DNA of 63,601 nt, filler included, from Octopus bimaculoides (Eukaryota): the NCBI RefSeq assembly GCF_001194135.2. It is 8 parts of 8 records of this genome, joined end to end, with 100 filler letters (N's around TTAATTAATTAA, not from the genome) between each part and the next. Parts side by side here need not be neighbours in the genome. Positions count along the whole stretch, not along the records: positions 1 to 16,905 come from NC_069001.1; positions 17,006 to 35,332 come from NC_068991.1; 6 more parts are not named here. The stretch is one strand, 5' to 3'. The notes beneath the pieces were generated by a model, which was given only the letters and a program-made list of their open reading frames with translations, was not told where the DNA came from and ran no database searches. Below, in pieces: positions 14,091 through 27,900 of the stretch. The position numbers were made by a program, and so were the translations under genes. How positions within the stretch are numbered: position 1 is the first letter of the stretch; every line of letters starts with the position of its first letter.

Positions 14091-15780
14091 ATTTATGTTT
14101 ATACAGATAGATTGATACATACATACATACATAGAACTTTACAGGCTGCTATAGATAAAATGTACTGAATTACAGGTTAAAATAGAAACTAATAATTATG
14201 AAGCAATTCAGAAACGACTATTTTTTTAAATGCATTCTTCAGCCTCCCCACAAGTAATAATAATGCTTACTAATTTTTACAATAGGCTAGCAATTTGAGC
14301 GGATAGTAAATTCAATTATATGAAACTTCCGACTCAACTGCGAAGTATTTGATCGATCCTGAAATGCTAAAGAGTAAACCTGGTTTCGACTGTATTTAAA
14401 ATCAAACTGTAAATAGGCCAAACAAATGCGAGAGTGTATCTCAGTGACTGTACTAACGATTCATTGCAACTGCATAACGATCTCACTGAAAGGTAATTAC
14501 ATGTATATAATTTGCAGTATTAATAGAGAACTCAGTGTTGAAGACAGTAATAAATGAGCAACAAATATAAAATTGCGCCAATGTGGTGGTAATATTCTGT
14601 TATATCTTTATTTTTCGAATTGCCAGAAGTATAGTGATATCGGGATATGATTATTTAAAAAAAAATTCTTCATCTTTGCTTGACACATATATCCATCACA
14701 CTTGCATAAATATATATATATTGCTGTTTTGCTTGGCTATCGAAACACTAATGACATCCACTAAGCAGTTGATGATAGATCTATAAGATTGTTGTACATG
14801 ACTCATTTGTTTGTATATTCTATTAACGTGATTTTAAGTTATTCGTCAATGAAGTTCCAGTATTTGTAGTACTCAACTTAATCTGAACTTCGTTACTTGG
14901 TGTTATTGTTAATATTCTGCCATATATTGAAACTGCGTGATTGGATTTGTTGTTTATCGATGTTTTGTTGCATATGTAAACACACACACTCTTTCTTTCT
15001 CTCTCATACACACACCCATATACATAAATCGTGAAGTTCAAAATATGAATACGATTTTCGTTTTGTTACATGCGTTTCAACATTTGAGCAGCGTATTTTT
15101 GTTAAAGCACAAGGCATTTTCTCACAGTAAGATTTCTAATAATTATGAATGGAAGATACTTACATGCATATACGCTAGCTATCTGCTCTTTACAGAGCTT
15201 GACCTCAAATTGGACCTGTAATAGCTCTTCCCTAGCGTGAGATCTTAAATGACTTTGAGCCTTGAAAAGCGTTTGATGACCTGTCATGCATTACTTGGCT
15301 TCCTATTGTTAGACGTTACATCGCATTGAAATATTATTACGATATCTATGAACAGATCTGAATGCCACAATAGTTTTGAATATAATTCACAAGCAAAATC
15401 GCAAAGTTGGCACATCTTCACTTACGGTCGAATATTGTTGAATTATTCCACGTACATGAAATCCTAAATGGATAAAAGCGACCACTCTGTATGCACGAAA
15501 AATTACAAATATCCACCACAGACAAAACTAAAGTACAAAAACTACTAAATATAGCATTTAGCATCAATTGAAGGCTTCTTCCATGCGCAATATGCCATGC
15601 AACGGAATTGAACCCGAAGCTTCCTCTTTCAAACGTGAATATTTTAACCACACAGCCATACTAGATTTCCTACTCCAGGGATTCTGCAGTTAATTTTTCA
15701 TATCGTTGCTGAGAACATGAGGATCTACGACATGTACCAACTCCGTCAATGGGCGCATTTTCAACTGGTCTTTCATTTTC

Positions 15781-15792
15781 TACTACTACTAT

Positions 15793-15841
<49 letters not shown>

Positions 15842-15886
15842 GCGGCTGCTGATGCTGCTACTACTACTACTACCACCACCACCACC

Positions 15887-15948
<62 letters not shown>

Positions 15949-16027
15949 CACCACCACCACTACTACTACTAGTGTCACTATTACTATTACTACCAATACT
16001 ACTAGTAGTCACTGATACTATCACCAT

Positions 16028-16079
<52 letters not shown>

Positions 16080-16260
16080 GCCACTACTACTACTACTGCT
16101 AGTATTGCTATGGCTGCTGGGATTACTACTAATGCTGCACTACAACTACTACTACTACTACTACTACTTCTGCTACCCCCTGCTGTTACCATCATTACTA
16201 TTACTACTGCTACTATTACTGCAGTGGCTGCTGCCACTACTACTACTACTACTACCACTC
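15781..16260. repeat. Compound (TAC)n/(CAC)n/(TGC)n microsatellite
   Basis: Directly visible; explains the poly-T, poly-L and poly-V ORFs. Confidence 0.95.
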
Positions 16261-16949
16261 CCTTTACTCATCTATTATAAGCGATGCCATACAGAAATCC
16301 CTTGGGGAGCTTTTCTCATAACACTGTGAAGTTGTTCCAATTCCTTTCTAATTAAACTGTTAATGGGGAAATACGTGGGAGGCTAAAAAAGATTTAACGC
16401 AACTGTTAATACAAGCTATTTAATTGGAATACTTTAAGCCCGACCTCTTTTCCCTATTTTTTGTTTAACCCCTTCAAACAGATTCTCGGTGTAACAGATT
16501 GATATAAACTACAGATGATGGGTTTAAAATTTTCGTACTAGTTCAGGAATTTTGCGGAAAAGGACAGGGAAATCAATTAGATAGCTTCTTGTCGCGTCTT
16601 GTCCCTACGTTCGAAACGCGGAGTAGATAAAACAGGGGACAACTGAAGAAGGGAATGTTCTTTATGCTGCCTGTCTCGTTACTCTATGTGTTTATTTTTG
16701 TTGTTCGAATAAAGTTCGTTTTCCATGTTTTTGTTCTTTTATGCCCTCGTTTCTCATTTTGTTCACGTTTTCTTTTGACGTCCTGTACTCACATAAGCAT
16801 CTATATATACATATATATGTAAGTATTTACATATATGTATGTATATATATATATATATTATTTATATTATATATATATATCGGGATGTACATATATACAT
16901 ATATANNNNNNNNNNNNNNNNNNNNNNNNNNNNNNNNNNNNNNNNNNNN

Positions 16950-16961
16950 TTAATTAATTAA
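16950..16961. other. Assembly linker TTAATTAATTAA inside N-runs (also 35377, 40064, 47296, 52653, 55357, 61384)
   Basis: Identical 12-mer with stops in all six frames, centred in N-runs in a 44N+12+44N = 100 bp layout; not biological. Confidence 0.95.
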
Positions 16962-17005
16962 NNNNNNNNNNNNNNNNNNNNNNNNNNNNNNNNNNNNNNN
17001 NNNNN

Positions 17006-17045
<40 letters not shown>

Positions 17046-17672
17046 TATATACACACAGATGTTTTTTTTTCTGTATGTATGTATGTATGTATGTATATTT
17101 ATGCAAACTTATGCACACACATCTGTGTGTACGTGTATATTCGGCTCATTATTATTATTATTATCATCGTTGCTGTACATTTTATTTATGATCTTCAATG
17201 ACTTTTCAAATTTTTTTTTTTCCTTTCTTTAGAANNNNNNNNNNAAATTATAAAGGAATTTAAAAAAAAAGAATAGAGTGGATCAGCCGGTGGGGGTTGG
17301 GTGGGGGTGCGGAATAAGATTAGTAGGGGAGAGAAGAGAGAAAGAGTGAATGGAAGGAAGAGAGAAAGAGATAATGGACATCAGACACTAAATTTCAGAA
17401 TTAGTATCTTGTTAGCTTCATTTTAGATTGAAAGGGCGAGCGAGATGAAAATAATGCTCAGAGTCACCAGCTGTGTGAAGAGCAAGCAGTAAAGTGCTCA
17501 CTAACACAATGGAGGGAATCAAGATAGTTTTAATTAACTACAACTTTATGATTCAAGTCATTTAAATATGTTAATGTCTACTTTATTGTTTGGTGTTGGT
17601 CTCTTAATGAGTTGTAATTTAGCTTCTGTGCTATTCTGATCCAGCCATGACTATATTATCCTTGAGAGAGAG

Positions 17673-17735
<63 letters not shown>

Positions 17736-18317
17736 NNNNNNNNNNNNNNNNNNNNNNNNNNNNNNNNNNNNNNNNNNNNNNNNNNNNNNNNNNNNNNNNN
17801 NNNNNNNNNNNNNNNNNNNNNNNNNNNNNNNNNNNNNNNNNNNNNNNNNNNNNNNNNNNNNNNNNNNNNNNNNNNNNNNNNNNNNNNNNNNNNNNNNNNN
17901 NNNNNNNNNNNNNNNNNNNNNNNNNNNNNNNNNNNNNNNNNNNNNNNNNNNNNNNNNNNNNNNNNNNNNNNNNNNNNNNNNNNNNNNNNNNNNNNNNNNN
18001 NNNNNNNNNNNNNNNNNNNNNNNNNNNNNNNNNNNNNNNNNNNNNNNNNNNNNNNNNNNNNNNNNNNNNNNNNNNNNNNNNNNNNNNNNNNNNNNNNNNN
18101 NNNNNNNNNNNNNNNNNNNNNNNNNNNNNNNNNNNNNNNNNNNNNNNNNNNNNNNNNNNNNNNNNNNNNNNNNNNNNNNNNNNNNNNNNNAAAAGAGACT
18201 GATAAAATAAGTACTAGGCTTACAAAGAATAAGTCCTGAGGTTGATTTGCTCGACTAAAAGGCGGTGCCCCAGCATGGCCGCAGTCAAATGTCTGAAACA
18301 AGTAAAAGAGTAAAAGA

Positions 18318-18366
<49 letters not shown>

Positions 18367-18984
18367 TACATACACACGATGGGCTTCTTTCAATTTCTGT
18401 CTACCAAATCCACCCACAAGGCTTTGGTCAGCCCGAGAAGTGCCATGCAGTGGGACTGAACTTTGGTCCATGTGGTTGGGAAGCAAATTTCTTCCTGCAC
18501 AGCCACTGTTTATAGTGATCAAAAAAATGTATATGTTATACATTTGCTTGCTCTCTCCCATCAAACAGACATTGCCAGTACATGTACACCAGTGTTGCAC
18601 ATGTCACATGTTGAAATGAATGCAGGGCAACATGAAATAAAGTGGCTGCACATGTGTGTCTCTGTCTAGGTATTTCCAATCTTTCTTTAATGCCCGTTTC
18701 CCATGCTGGCACGGTGCAAATAGTACCTTGCTCTTTTATTCTTTTACTTGTTTCATTCATTTGACTGTGGCCATGCTGGAATACCACTTTAAAGGGTTTT
18801 AGTTGAAAAAGAATTGCCCCTTCGCTCCCCGGACTCATTCTTTGTAAACCTAGTACTTGTTCTATCAGTTTCTTTCACTGAACTGCTAAGTTACGGGGGA
18901 TGTAAACACACCAACATTGGTTGTTGAGTGAGGGTGAGGGAAAAAACAGACACAAAGAGACACACACATAAATATATACATTGC

Positions 18985-19255
18985 CAGTGCCGCTAGACTG
19001 GCTCCCGTGCAGGTGGCACGTAAAAGACACCATTTTGAGCATGGCCGTTGCCAGTACCGCTTGACTGGCCTCGTGCCGGTGGCACGTAAAAGCACCCACT
19101 ACACTCTCGGAGTGATTGGCGTTAGGAAGGGCATCCAGCTGTAGAAACTCTGCCAAATAAGATTGGAGCCTGGTGTAGCCACCTGGTTCACCAGTCCTCA
19201 GTCAAATCGTCCAACCCATGCTAGCATGGAAAGCGGACGTTAAACGATGATGATG
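18985..19255 (+). mobile_element. SINE-like family D with two 67-bp-type units, GGAAGGGCATCCAGCTGTAGAAAC block and (GAT)n tail
   Basis: Ends GTCCAACCCATGCTAGCATGGAAAGCGGACGTTAAACGATGATGATGA; fragments also at 22955-23075(+) and 32335-32410(-). The GGAAGGGCATCC block resembles the V-SINE domain (from memory, unverified). Confidence 0.7.
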
Positions 19256-19927
19256 ATACATATATACATACACATAATGGGGTTCTTTCAGTTTCTGTCT
19301 ACTAAATCCACTCACAAGACTTTGGTTGGCCTGAGGCTATAGTACAAGACATTTGCCCAAAGTGCCATGCAGTGGGACTGAAGCTTCTTACCACACAGCC
19401 ATACCTGTGTCTATATTACCTTGCCTAAAGAAAAAGGATAGAATCACAGAATCAAAATACATTTATGGAGAGTGGACACTGGTTTGTGTGTCGCATAGTT
19501 AGTTAGAGGCAATGGCCTCTTGGAGCTAATCAATGGCAGCATTCGTCCTATTTTTTTTGGGACTGTCATGTTAGCTTGGTGATAACTATTAATATCCAGT
19601 ATCACTGCCGTAGTCTCCTTTAGAGAGATTTAGAAATATTAATATTTCTACAAGGAAAAGCCTGACAGCAACTTTTACTTGTTGGATACAATTTGATGGA
19701 GCCAACAGTAGCAAGACTTTAAAGTTACTGTCAACCTTTCCCCTGTAAATATAGGTATGTACATGACACACAGCCGTGGCTGTGTGGTAAGAAGTTTACT
19801 TCCTGACCAGATGGTTCTGGGTTCAGTCTTACTGCATGGCACCTTGGTCAGTGTCTTCTACTATAGCCTCAGGCTGACCAAATCCTTGCAAGTGAATTCG
19901 ATAGATGGAAACTGAAAGAAGCCCCTA

Positions 19928-19965
<38 letters not shown>

Positions 19966-20995
19966 AAATTTGTGTATGTGTGTGTTTGTGTCACCACCGC
20001 TTGACTACTGGTGTTGGTGTGTATACATCCCTGTAACCTAGCAGTTCAGCAAAAGAGATTGATAGAGTAAGCACCAGGCTTAAGAAGAAAAACAAACAAG
20101 CACTGGGGTTGAGGCATTTGACCAAAATTCTTCAAGGCAATGACCAAGAACGGCCACGGGGTAAATGACCGAAACAAATGAAAGACAACAAAATGTGTTG
20201 TTGTTGTTTTANNNNNNNNNNNNNNNNNNNNNNNNNNNNNNNNNNNNNNNNNNNNNNNNNNNNNNNNNNNNNNNNNNNNNNNNNNNNNNNNNNNNNNNNN
20301 NNNNNNNNNNNNNNNNNNNNNNNNNNNNNNNNNNNNNNNNNNNNNNNNNNNNNNNNNNNNNNNNNNNNNNNNNNNNNNNNNNNNNNNNNNNNNNNNNNNN
20401 NNNNNNNNNNNNNNNNNNNNNNNNNNNNNNNNNNNNNNNNNNNNNNNNNNNNNNNNNNNNNNNNNNNNNNNNNNNNNNNNNNNNNNNNNNNNNNNNNNNN
20501 NNNNNNNNNNNNNNNNNNNNNNNNNNNNNNNNNNNNNNNNNNNNNNNNNNNNNNNNNNNNNNNNNNNNNNNNNNNNNNNNNNNNNNNNNNNNNNNNNNNN
20601 NNNNNNNNNNNNNNNNNNNNNNNNNNNNNNNNNNNNNNNNNNNNNNNNNNNNNNNNNNNNNNNNNNNNNNNNNNNNNNNNNNNNNNNNNNNNNNNNNNNN
20701 NNNNNNNNNNNNNNNNNNNNNNNNNNNNNNNNNNNNNNNNNNNNNNNNNNNNNNNNNNNNNNNNNNNNNNNNNNNNNNNNNNNNNNNNNNNNNNNNNNNN
20801 NNNNNNNNNNNNNNNNNNNNNNNNNNNNNNNNNNNNNNNNNNNNNNNNNNNNNNNNNNNNNNNNNNNNNNNNNNNNNNNNNNNNNNNNNNNNNNNNNNNN
20901 NNNNNNNNNNNNNNNNNNNNNNNNNNNNNNNNNNNNNNNNNNNNNNNNNNNNNNNNNNNNNNNNNNNNNNNNNNNNNNNNNNNNNNNNNNNNNNN

Positions 20996-21045
<50 letters not shown>

Positions 21046-21486
21046 TGTGTGTGTTTAGTTGCAGTTGTATGAATGAATGAATGTGTGTGCATGCTTGACG
21101 TTGTATCTGTGAGAGAAAGGGCGAGTACTGGCAGTTGTGCATGCATACAGATGCACGTGCATTATACAAGTGTGTATGTGTCTGTATGTGCATCTACCTG
21201 AAGTTGTTCCTGTATGCGATTGCGTGTTCCCTTATACCTGCAGTTGTATGCTGTTTATGTGAGTGTAAATGTGTGTGTGCATGCATGTGTGTGTGCCTAT
21301 GGGTGTGTGTGTGAGTGTGTGCCTATGGATGTGTGTGTGTGCCTGCGTGAGTGTGACGTGTGTGTGTGCACATGTCTATGGGTGTATGTGTGTGTGCCTA
21401 TGTGAGTGTGATGTGTGTGTGTGTGTGTGGGCCCATGTGTGTGCATGCATGTGTAGCCTGTGCATGTTTACATTCAGTTGTACAAG

Positions 21487-21525
<39 letters not shown>

Positions 21526-22207
21526 TGCAAGCTGTATCTGAATGTGCATGTGCTTGCAAGTATACGTATGCATATATGCTTGCAAGTAAGTCTCCGCACC
21601 TGTGTATGCGAATAAGTGTACATATGCACATGTGTGTGTGCATGTGTGTCTGTGAGTGAGTGTTTGCATACAGTTTTAATAGACTTCCAAAGTAGATAGA
21701 GACTGAATTTTTTTTTTTTTTTTTTTNNNNNNNNNNNNNNNNNNNNNNNNNNNNNNNNNNNNNNNNNNNNNNNNNNNNNNNNNNNNNNNNNNNNNNNNNN
21801 NNNNNNNNNNNNNNNNNNNNNNNNNNNNNNNNNNNNNNNNNNNNNNNNNNNNNNNNNNNNNNNNNNNNNNNNNNNNNNNNNNNNNNNNNNNNNNNNNNNN
21901 NNNNNNNNNNNNNNNNNNNNNNNNNNNNNNNNNNNNNNNNNNNNNNNNNNNNNNNNNNNNNNNNNNNNNNNNNNNNNNNNNNNNNNNNNNNNNNNNNNNN
22001 NNNNNNNNNNNNNNNNNNNNNNNNNNNNNNNNNNNGAGAGGTGCATGTGTTAACTGCGGTGGGAAGGGGGTGGGAAGAGAAGGGAGAGGGGTCTGCGGTT
22101 AACTGGTGAGTCTCATGTGACCACAGTCAAACAGTTAAATGAAGACTAGGAAAGTGAAAGAGAAGACGAGTCCTCCTCCTCCTCCTCCTACACCACAACC
22201 ACCACTT

Positions 22208-22246
<39 letters not shown>

Positions 22247-24159
22247 ACAGACTGGATGTTTAATGGTTGAGAGACCCTTAACAAAACAATGCGAAACTGA
22301 AACACACAAAATCCAGAGAACAAAAGGTGTTAACTAAGGCAAAATAACACAAAAGGAGTCACAGCTTGCTTGAAGAGCGGAGTCAGATCAGTGGATTATT
22401 AGGTGGTGGCGGGTGGCGGGTGGCCGGTGGTGGCGGGTGGCCGGTGGTGGCGGAGGAGACCCCACTGGTGATGGTGGGCTAAAATCTGTCAGTGGTTCCA
22501 CACTTCTACACACACCCACACACAGCCACCAGAGCTGTATACATGCTATATAAAGTGTGATGGTAGTGGTGGTGGTGGTGGTGGTTTAGCATGACCAGCC
22601 ATGATCAATCAACCAGATACTTGATCAAAGTCATTACTGCTGTGACCACCCTGTCTAAATTGTATATCAGAAAACTACATTGTCTAAAGTGTGTATCCTT
22701 CTATCTTCTACTTGTTTCATCAGTCACTGAACTGCAACCATGGAAGGTTTAGTCAAACAGATTGACCCTATGGCTTATTTATTTATTTTAAGTGTGATAC
22801 ATATTCCACCAGCTTATTTTATTGAATCACTAAATCACAGGAACGTAAACAAACCATCACTTGTTGGGATTGGTGAAACTGATGTAGAAGCCTCTGAAGA
22901 GAATTCGATAAGATTCAAAAATCAATTAAGGTCGCTCATCATTTTTTCAGTCTACACTCTCAGAGTGGTTGGCATTAGGAAGGGCATCCAGCTGGAGAAA
23001 CTATGCTAAATCAGACTGGAACCTGGTGCAGCTCCCCAGTTTACCAGTTTTCAGTCAAACTTACATCCACTGTAACCTAGCGGTTCAGTAAAAAGAGACT
23101 GACAGAATAAGTACCAGGCTTTAAAAATAAGTACTGGGGCGGATTCATTCAACCAAAAATTGAATGTGGTACCAATGCACGGCCGTAGTCTCATGACTGA
23201 AACTGGTACAAGATAAAAAAAAACTAGTACTCCACTGTTCTCATTCAATGATGTTGGGCAGATCAGAAAGAAACATTCCTGGATAGGACAACTGTCTTTC
23301 ACTTCCATTTCAGAAAACCTAACAAATGATGCCAATTTCTAAAAATCATACAATCTTAGATATTGTAAATGGTTTGACACAAAGACCATAAGTAACTGTC
23401 TGAAATGCAATAAAACATTCTTTCTTTTGGTCTTTTATTTCTTTACTTGTTTCAGCCATTTGACTGCAGCCATTCTGGAACACCACCTTAAAGGTTTTTA
23501 GCTGAAGAAATCAACACCAAGACTTACTCTTTGCATGCCTAATCTCTTTTGCCAAACCGCTAAGTTATGGGGAACATAAACACACCAGTAGTGGTTGTCA
23601 AGTGATGGCAGGGGGACAAACACAGACAAACAAACACACGCACACACAATGGATTTCTTCCAGTTTCCATCTACCAAATCCACTCATAAGGCTTTGGTCA
23701 GCTTAAGGATACAGTAGAAGACATTTGCCCAAGGCGCTGCGCAATGGGACTGAACCCAGAATCATCTGGTTGGGAAGCAAGCGTCTTACCACACAGCCAT
23801 GCCTATGGCTATCTCTACTGAATTTCAACTGAGGACCATTGCACTGCTAGTTCTGTACTTTATCCACTTAGCAGTTACACTTAAACTCCAAAACCAGATT
23901 TTATTTCATAACCATCTATCTATAAATATTTATTTGATAACTGGATATCTTACAAAAAAAAAAAAAAAAAAGCTAAAATAAGCATTCCCTTTTTATTATT
24001 ATTATTAAACCACAAAAACAAAAGCGTGACGATGGTAAGTTGACTATCTAAACTAGCAGATAAGTGGTTTCAAGCACTTGTGGTGGTACTATGTAAAAGT
24101 GCCAACGTGGTGCCACATAAAAGTGCCTATGCAGGGCCACGTAAAAGCATTAGCTTGTG

Positions 24160-24423
24160 AAATTGATGTGCCAGTGGCTGAGCAGTCCACAGACATGTGT
24201 ACCCCTTAATGTAGTTCTCAGGAGAGATTCAGCGTGATACATAATGTGACAAACAAGACTGGCTCTTTGAATTCGAGGTACAGCTCATCTTTGCCAGCCA
24301 AGTGGACTGGAGCAATGTAAAATAAAGTGTCTCGCTGAAGGACACAATGCACCACCAGGAATTGAACTTGCAGCCATACGATCGTGAGCCGAATACCCTA
24401 ACCACTAAGCCATGTGCCTTCAC
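24160..24423 (-). mobile_element. SINE family C variant with a different central block
   Basis: tRNA head ATGGCTTAGTGGTTAGGGTATTCGGCTCACGATCGT..AGTTCAATTCC; 3' part AATTCAAAG..GTCACA..CACGCTGAATCTC..TTAAGGGGTACACATGTCTGTGGA shared with 53106-53484. Confidence 0.7.
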
Positions 24424-24663
24424 ACACATATAATACATATGCATGTGTATGTATGTGGGAATCAATGGAATCAATCCCTATATCTCCTCACATTGATGTT
24501 TATTTATGACAAGCAGTAATACTCTACAAGCCAAAATAAAAAAGAAAATAAGCCTTATGTCTTGTCCAACCCATGCCAGAATTCGAAAAAAATATTGCTG
24601 AAAATAATATGATTTTAGGTGAAACTGGCTGCTATTTCTAGCAGACTGATTTATCATGTAAAG

Positions 24664-25066
24664 CAGGCCTGGCCAACTCGAATTACACGATGGACCACTT
24701 TAATCTCAGAAAGTTTTTTGAGGGCCGCTTGTATACTGACAGAATTTAAAGCATTTTGCTTTCTCATGCCATTATTACAATAATGAATGAATGATCATAG
24801 ATTCAGCATGAAATATTATCATTGCAATAACAGTACTTTTTTACTCTTTTATTTGTTTCAGTCATTTGACTGCGGCCATGCTGGAGCACCGCCTTTAGTC
24901 AAGCAAATCGACCCCCAGGACTTATTCTTTTGTAAGCCTAGTACTTATTCTATCACTCTCTTTTTGCCGAACCGCTAAGTTACGGGGGATGTAAACACAC
25001 CAGCATCGGTTGTCAAGCGATGATGGGGGGACAAACACAGACACACAAACATACATACATATACAT

Positions 25067-25097
<31 letters not shown>

Positions 25098-25293
25098 NNN
25101 NNNNNNNNNNNNNNNNNNNNNNNNNNNNNNNNNNNNNNNNNNNNNNNNNNNNNNNNNNNNNNNNNNNNNNNNNNNNNNNNNNNNNNNNNNNNNNNNNNNN
25201 NNNNNNNNNNNNNNNNNNNNNNNNNNNNNNNNNNNNNNNNNNNNNNNNNNNNNNNNNNNNNNNNNNNNNNNNNNNNNNNNNNNNNNNNNNNNN

Positions 25294-25332
<39 letters not shown>

Positions 25333-25647
25333 TACGATGGGCTTCTTTCAGTTCCCGTCTACCAAATCCACTCACAAGGCTTTGGTCGGCCCGAGGCTAT
25401 AGTAGAAGACACCGGCCCAAGGTGCCACGCAGTGGGACTGAACCTGGAACCATGTGGTTGGTAAGCAATACCACACGGCCACTCCTAAGTTTCTTTCCTT
25501 TTTACTTTTCACTAGAATCTTTCATTTTTTATAAAAGCTTTTAAATGTTTGTTTAAATAAACCCATTTCAAGAAAATATCAAGCAGGCTACAAAATAAAA
25601 GTCCGTGGGTCACATGCGACCCGTGGGCCTCAGGTTGGCCAGCCCTG
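24664..25647. mobile_element. hAT-type MITE with 8-bp target-site duplication, interrupted by a SINE
   Basis: TIRs CAGGCCTGGCCAAC / GTTGGCCAGCCCTG; identical ATGTAAAG at 24656-24663 and 25648-25655. Confidence 0.9.
24835..25480 (-). mobile_element. SINE family B copy nested in a hAT MITE
   Basis: Reverse complement matches 28223-28634 throughout; the internal (TA)n contains an assembly gap. Confidence 0.85.
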
Positions 25648-26555
25648 ATGTAAAGGCTTCCTCATTGGCTTGAGAGTCTTTAGTTTAATCACAGGGCTAA
25701 ACTTTCTCATAACTGGCAGGTCTGATTCCTCGAAAATTACTGATACTCATTTTATTGAACCAGGACTGCCTCCTCTGTCACCACCACCTATATACCATCA
25801 CCACAGCAACAAAAAATGAATTGCAACTGAAGGAATGATTTGAACTCAAGACATAAGAGTCGAATGCTTTACTAGTTTTGCCATATTACTGCCAAATATA
25901 TAAAACACACACACACATACAGATAGAGAGAGAGAGGGAAGGGAAAAGAGAAAGAAAGAGATGTAGTGATACTCAAGGACACATACTCTTATGTATGTGA
26001 ATGTGTACGTACACACACACACACAGAAAGAGCTATAATCAGAGCTACACATACTCTTATAATATATATTCACATGTGTATGCATATACACATACAGAGA
26101 CAAGATCATACAATGGAAAAATCATAAGTTGTTTTTATTATATTTTCGCATTTTTCTTTGTCTTTCTAAAGGACTGAGAGGCATACACGCACATATATTT
26201 CCAAAACTGACATTTCTGGCATTTTGAATTCTGTGAATATAAAGAATTTTAACAAAAACAAATAACAAAAGAGCGAGAGAGATAGAGAAAGAGAAAGAAA
26301 AGAAAGAAAAAAAGCGAAATGGTATCTTTGGAATCCTTTAGGGATAAAAACAAACACACAAACACATGCACACAGAGACACACACACACATCAAAAGAAT
26401 ATGTTGAAAAGAAAGAATTCAATTCTAGTTTTGGTTGTTCCGCTCTTCTACACCACAACCTCCCACCTGAAATTCTTTTTCTATAAGGCATACATCGACC
26501 ACATGTTAGAATTGGAAGTAAGAAATGAGACACAGAGAGAAATAAATAATGATCC

Positions 26556-27711
26556 ATTCTACTATAGGCACAAGGCCTGAAATTTTGGGGTGGATGTAGG
26601 GGCTAGTCAATTACACTGACACGCCCCTTCCCCCAGTGTTCAACTGGTACTTATTTCAATGACCCTGAAAGGAGCAAAGGCAAGGTTGACTTCAGCAGAA
26701 TTTGAGCTCAGACCAGTTTTGGCACAAGGCGAGTATTTTATGTGGGGGAGGGGAAAATCAATTACATTGACCCCGCCCCCAGCACTTAACTGGTACTTAT
26801 TTTATCAACCCCAAAACGATGAAAAAAAGAGTCGGCCTTGCTGATATGTGAACTTAAAACATAAAAGCAGGAAGAAATGCCACAAAGCATTTTGTCTGAC
26901 ATGCTAAGAACTCTGCCAGCACACTGCTATAATAATAATAATAATAATAATAATGATTTCAAATTTTGGCACGAGGTTGGCATTTTGGAGGGAGTGGGTA
27001 AGCCAATTTACATTGAAGGACAGACGAAATGCTGTTAAGCATTTTGCCCGGCATGCAAACGATTCTGCCAACATGCTGCCTTAAATGGTTTCAAATTTTG
27101 CCACAAAGGCAGCAATTTGGGGGGAGGGGGATAATCGATTACATCAACCCCCAGTGCTCAACTGGTACTTATTTTATTGGTCCTGAAAGGGTGAAATGCA
27201 AAGTCAACCTCAGTAGAATTTGAACTCAGAACGTAGCGATGGGTGAAATACTGCTAAGCATTTTATCCAGTGTGCTAACGATTCTGCCAGCTCACCGCCT
27301 TAATAATAATAATAATGATAAGACAGTGAGCTGGAATAAATATTAGCACACCGGGCGAAATGCTTAGCGGTATTTCACCCATTGTTACATTCTGAGTTCA
27401 AATTCCACAGAGGTTGACTTTGCCTTTCATCCTTTTGGGGTCGATAAATTAAGTACTGGTTACACACTGGGGTCGATGTAATCAACTTAATTCCTTTGTC
27501 TGTCCCCTCTACATTTAACCCCTTGTAGGCAATAAAGAAATAAATAATAATGCTAACCCTTTCTATTATAGGCACAAGGCCTGAAATTTGGAATAGGGGA
27601 TAGTTGATTACATCGACCTCAGTGCTCCACTGGTACTTAATTTATCGACCCTGAAGGGATGAAAGGCAAAATCAACCACAGCAGAATTTGAACTCAAAAC
27701 ATAAGGACAGA

Positions 27712-27755
<44 letters not shown>

Positions 27756-27900
27756 CCTTTCTACTATAGGCACAATGCCTGAAATTTGGGGGGCAGGAGT
27801 TAGTCGATTACATCGACCCCGGTGTTTCATTGGAACTTAATTTATCAACCCCGAAAGGATGAAAGGCAAAGTCGACCTCGGTGGAATTTGAACTCAGAAC
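26556..27900. mobile_element. Cluster of about seven SINE family A copies, mostly minus strand, separated by (TAA)n
   Basis: Repeated CTATAGGCACAAGGCCTGAAATTT..CATCGACCCC..CTGGTACTTA..GAATTTGAACTCAGAAC blocks; one plus-strand copy at 27321-27545. Confidence 0.8.

Noticed and set aside
15670-16329. Poly-Thr, poly-Val, poly-Ser, poly-Leu, poly-Ile, poly-Asp ORFs (also 36511-37232, 44939-45520, 52777-53175)
   Set aside because: Translations of trinucleotide microsatellites, open in several frames on both strands.
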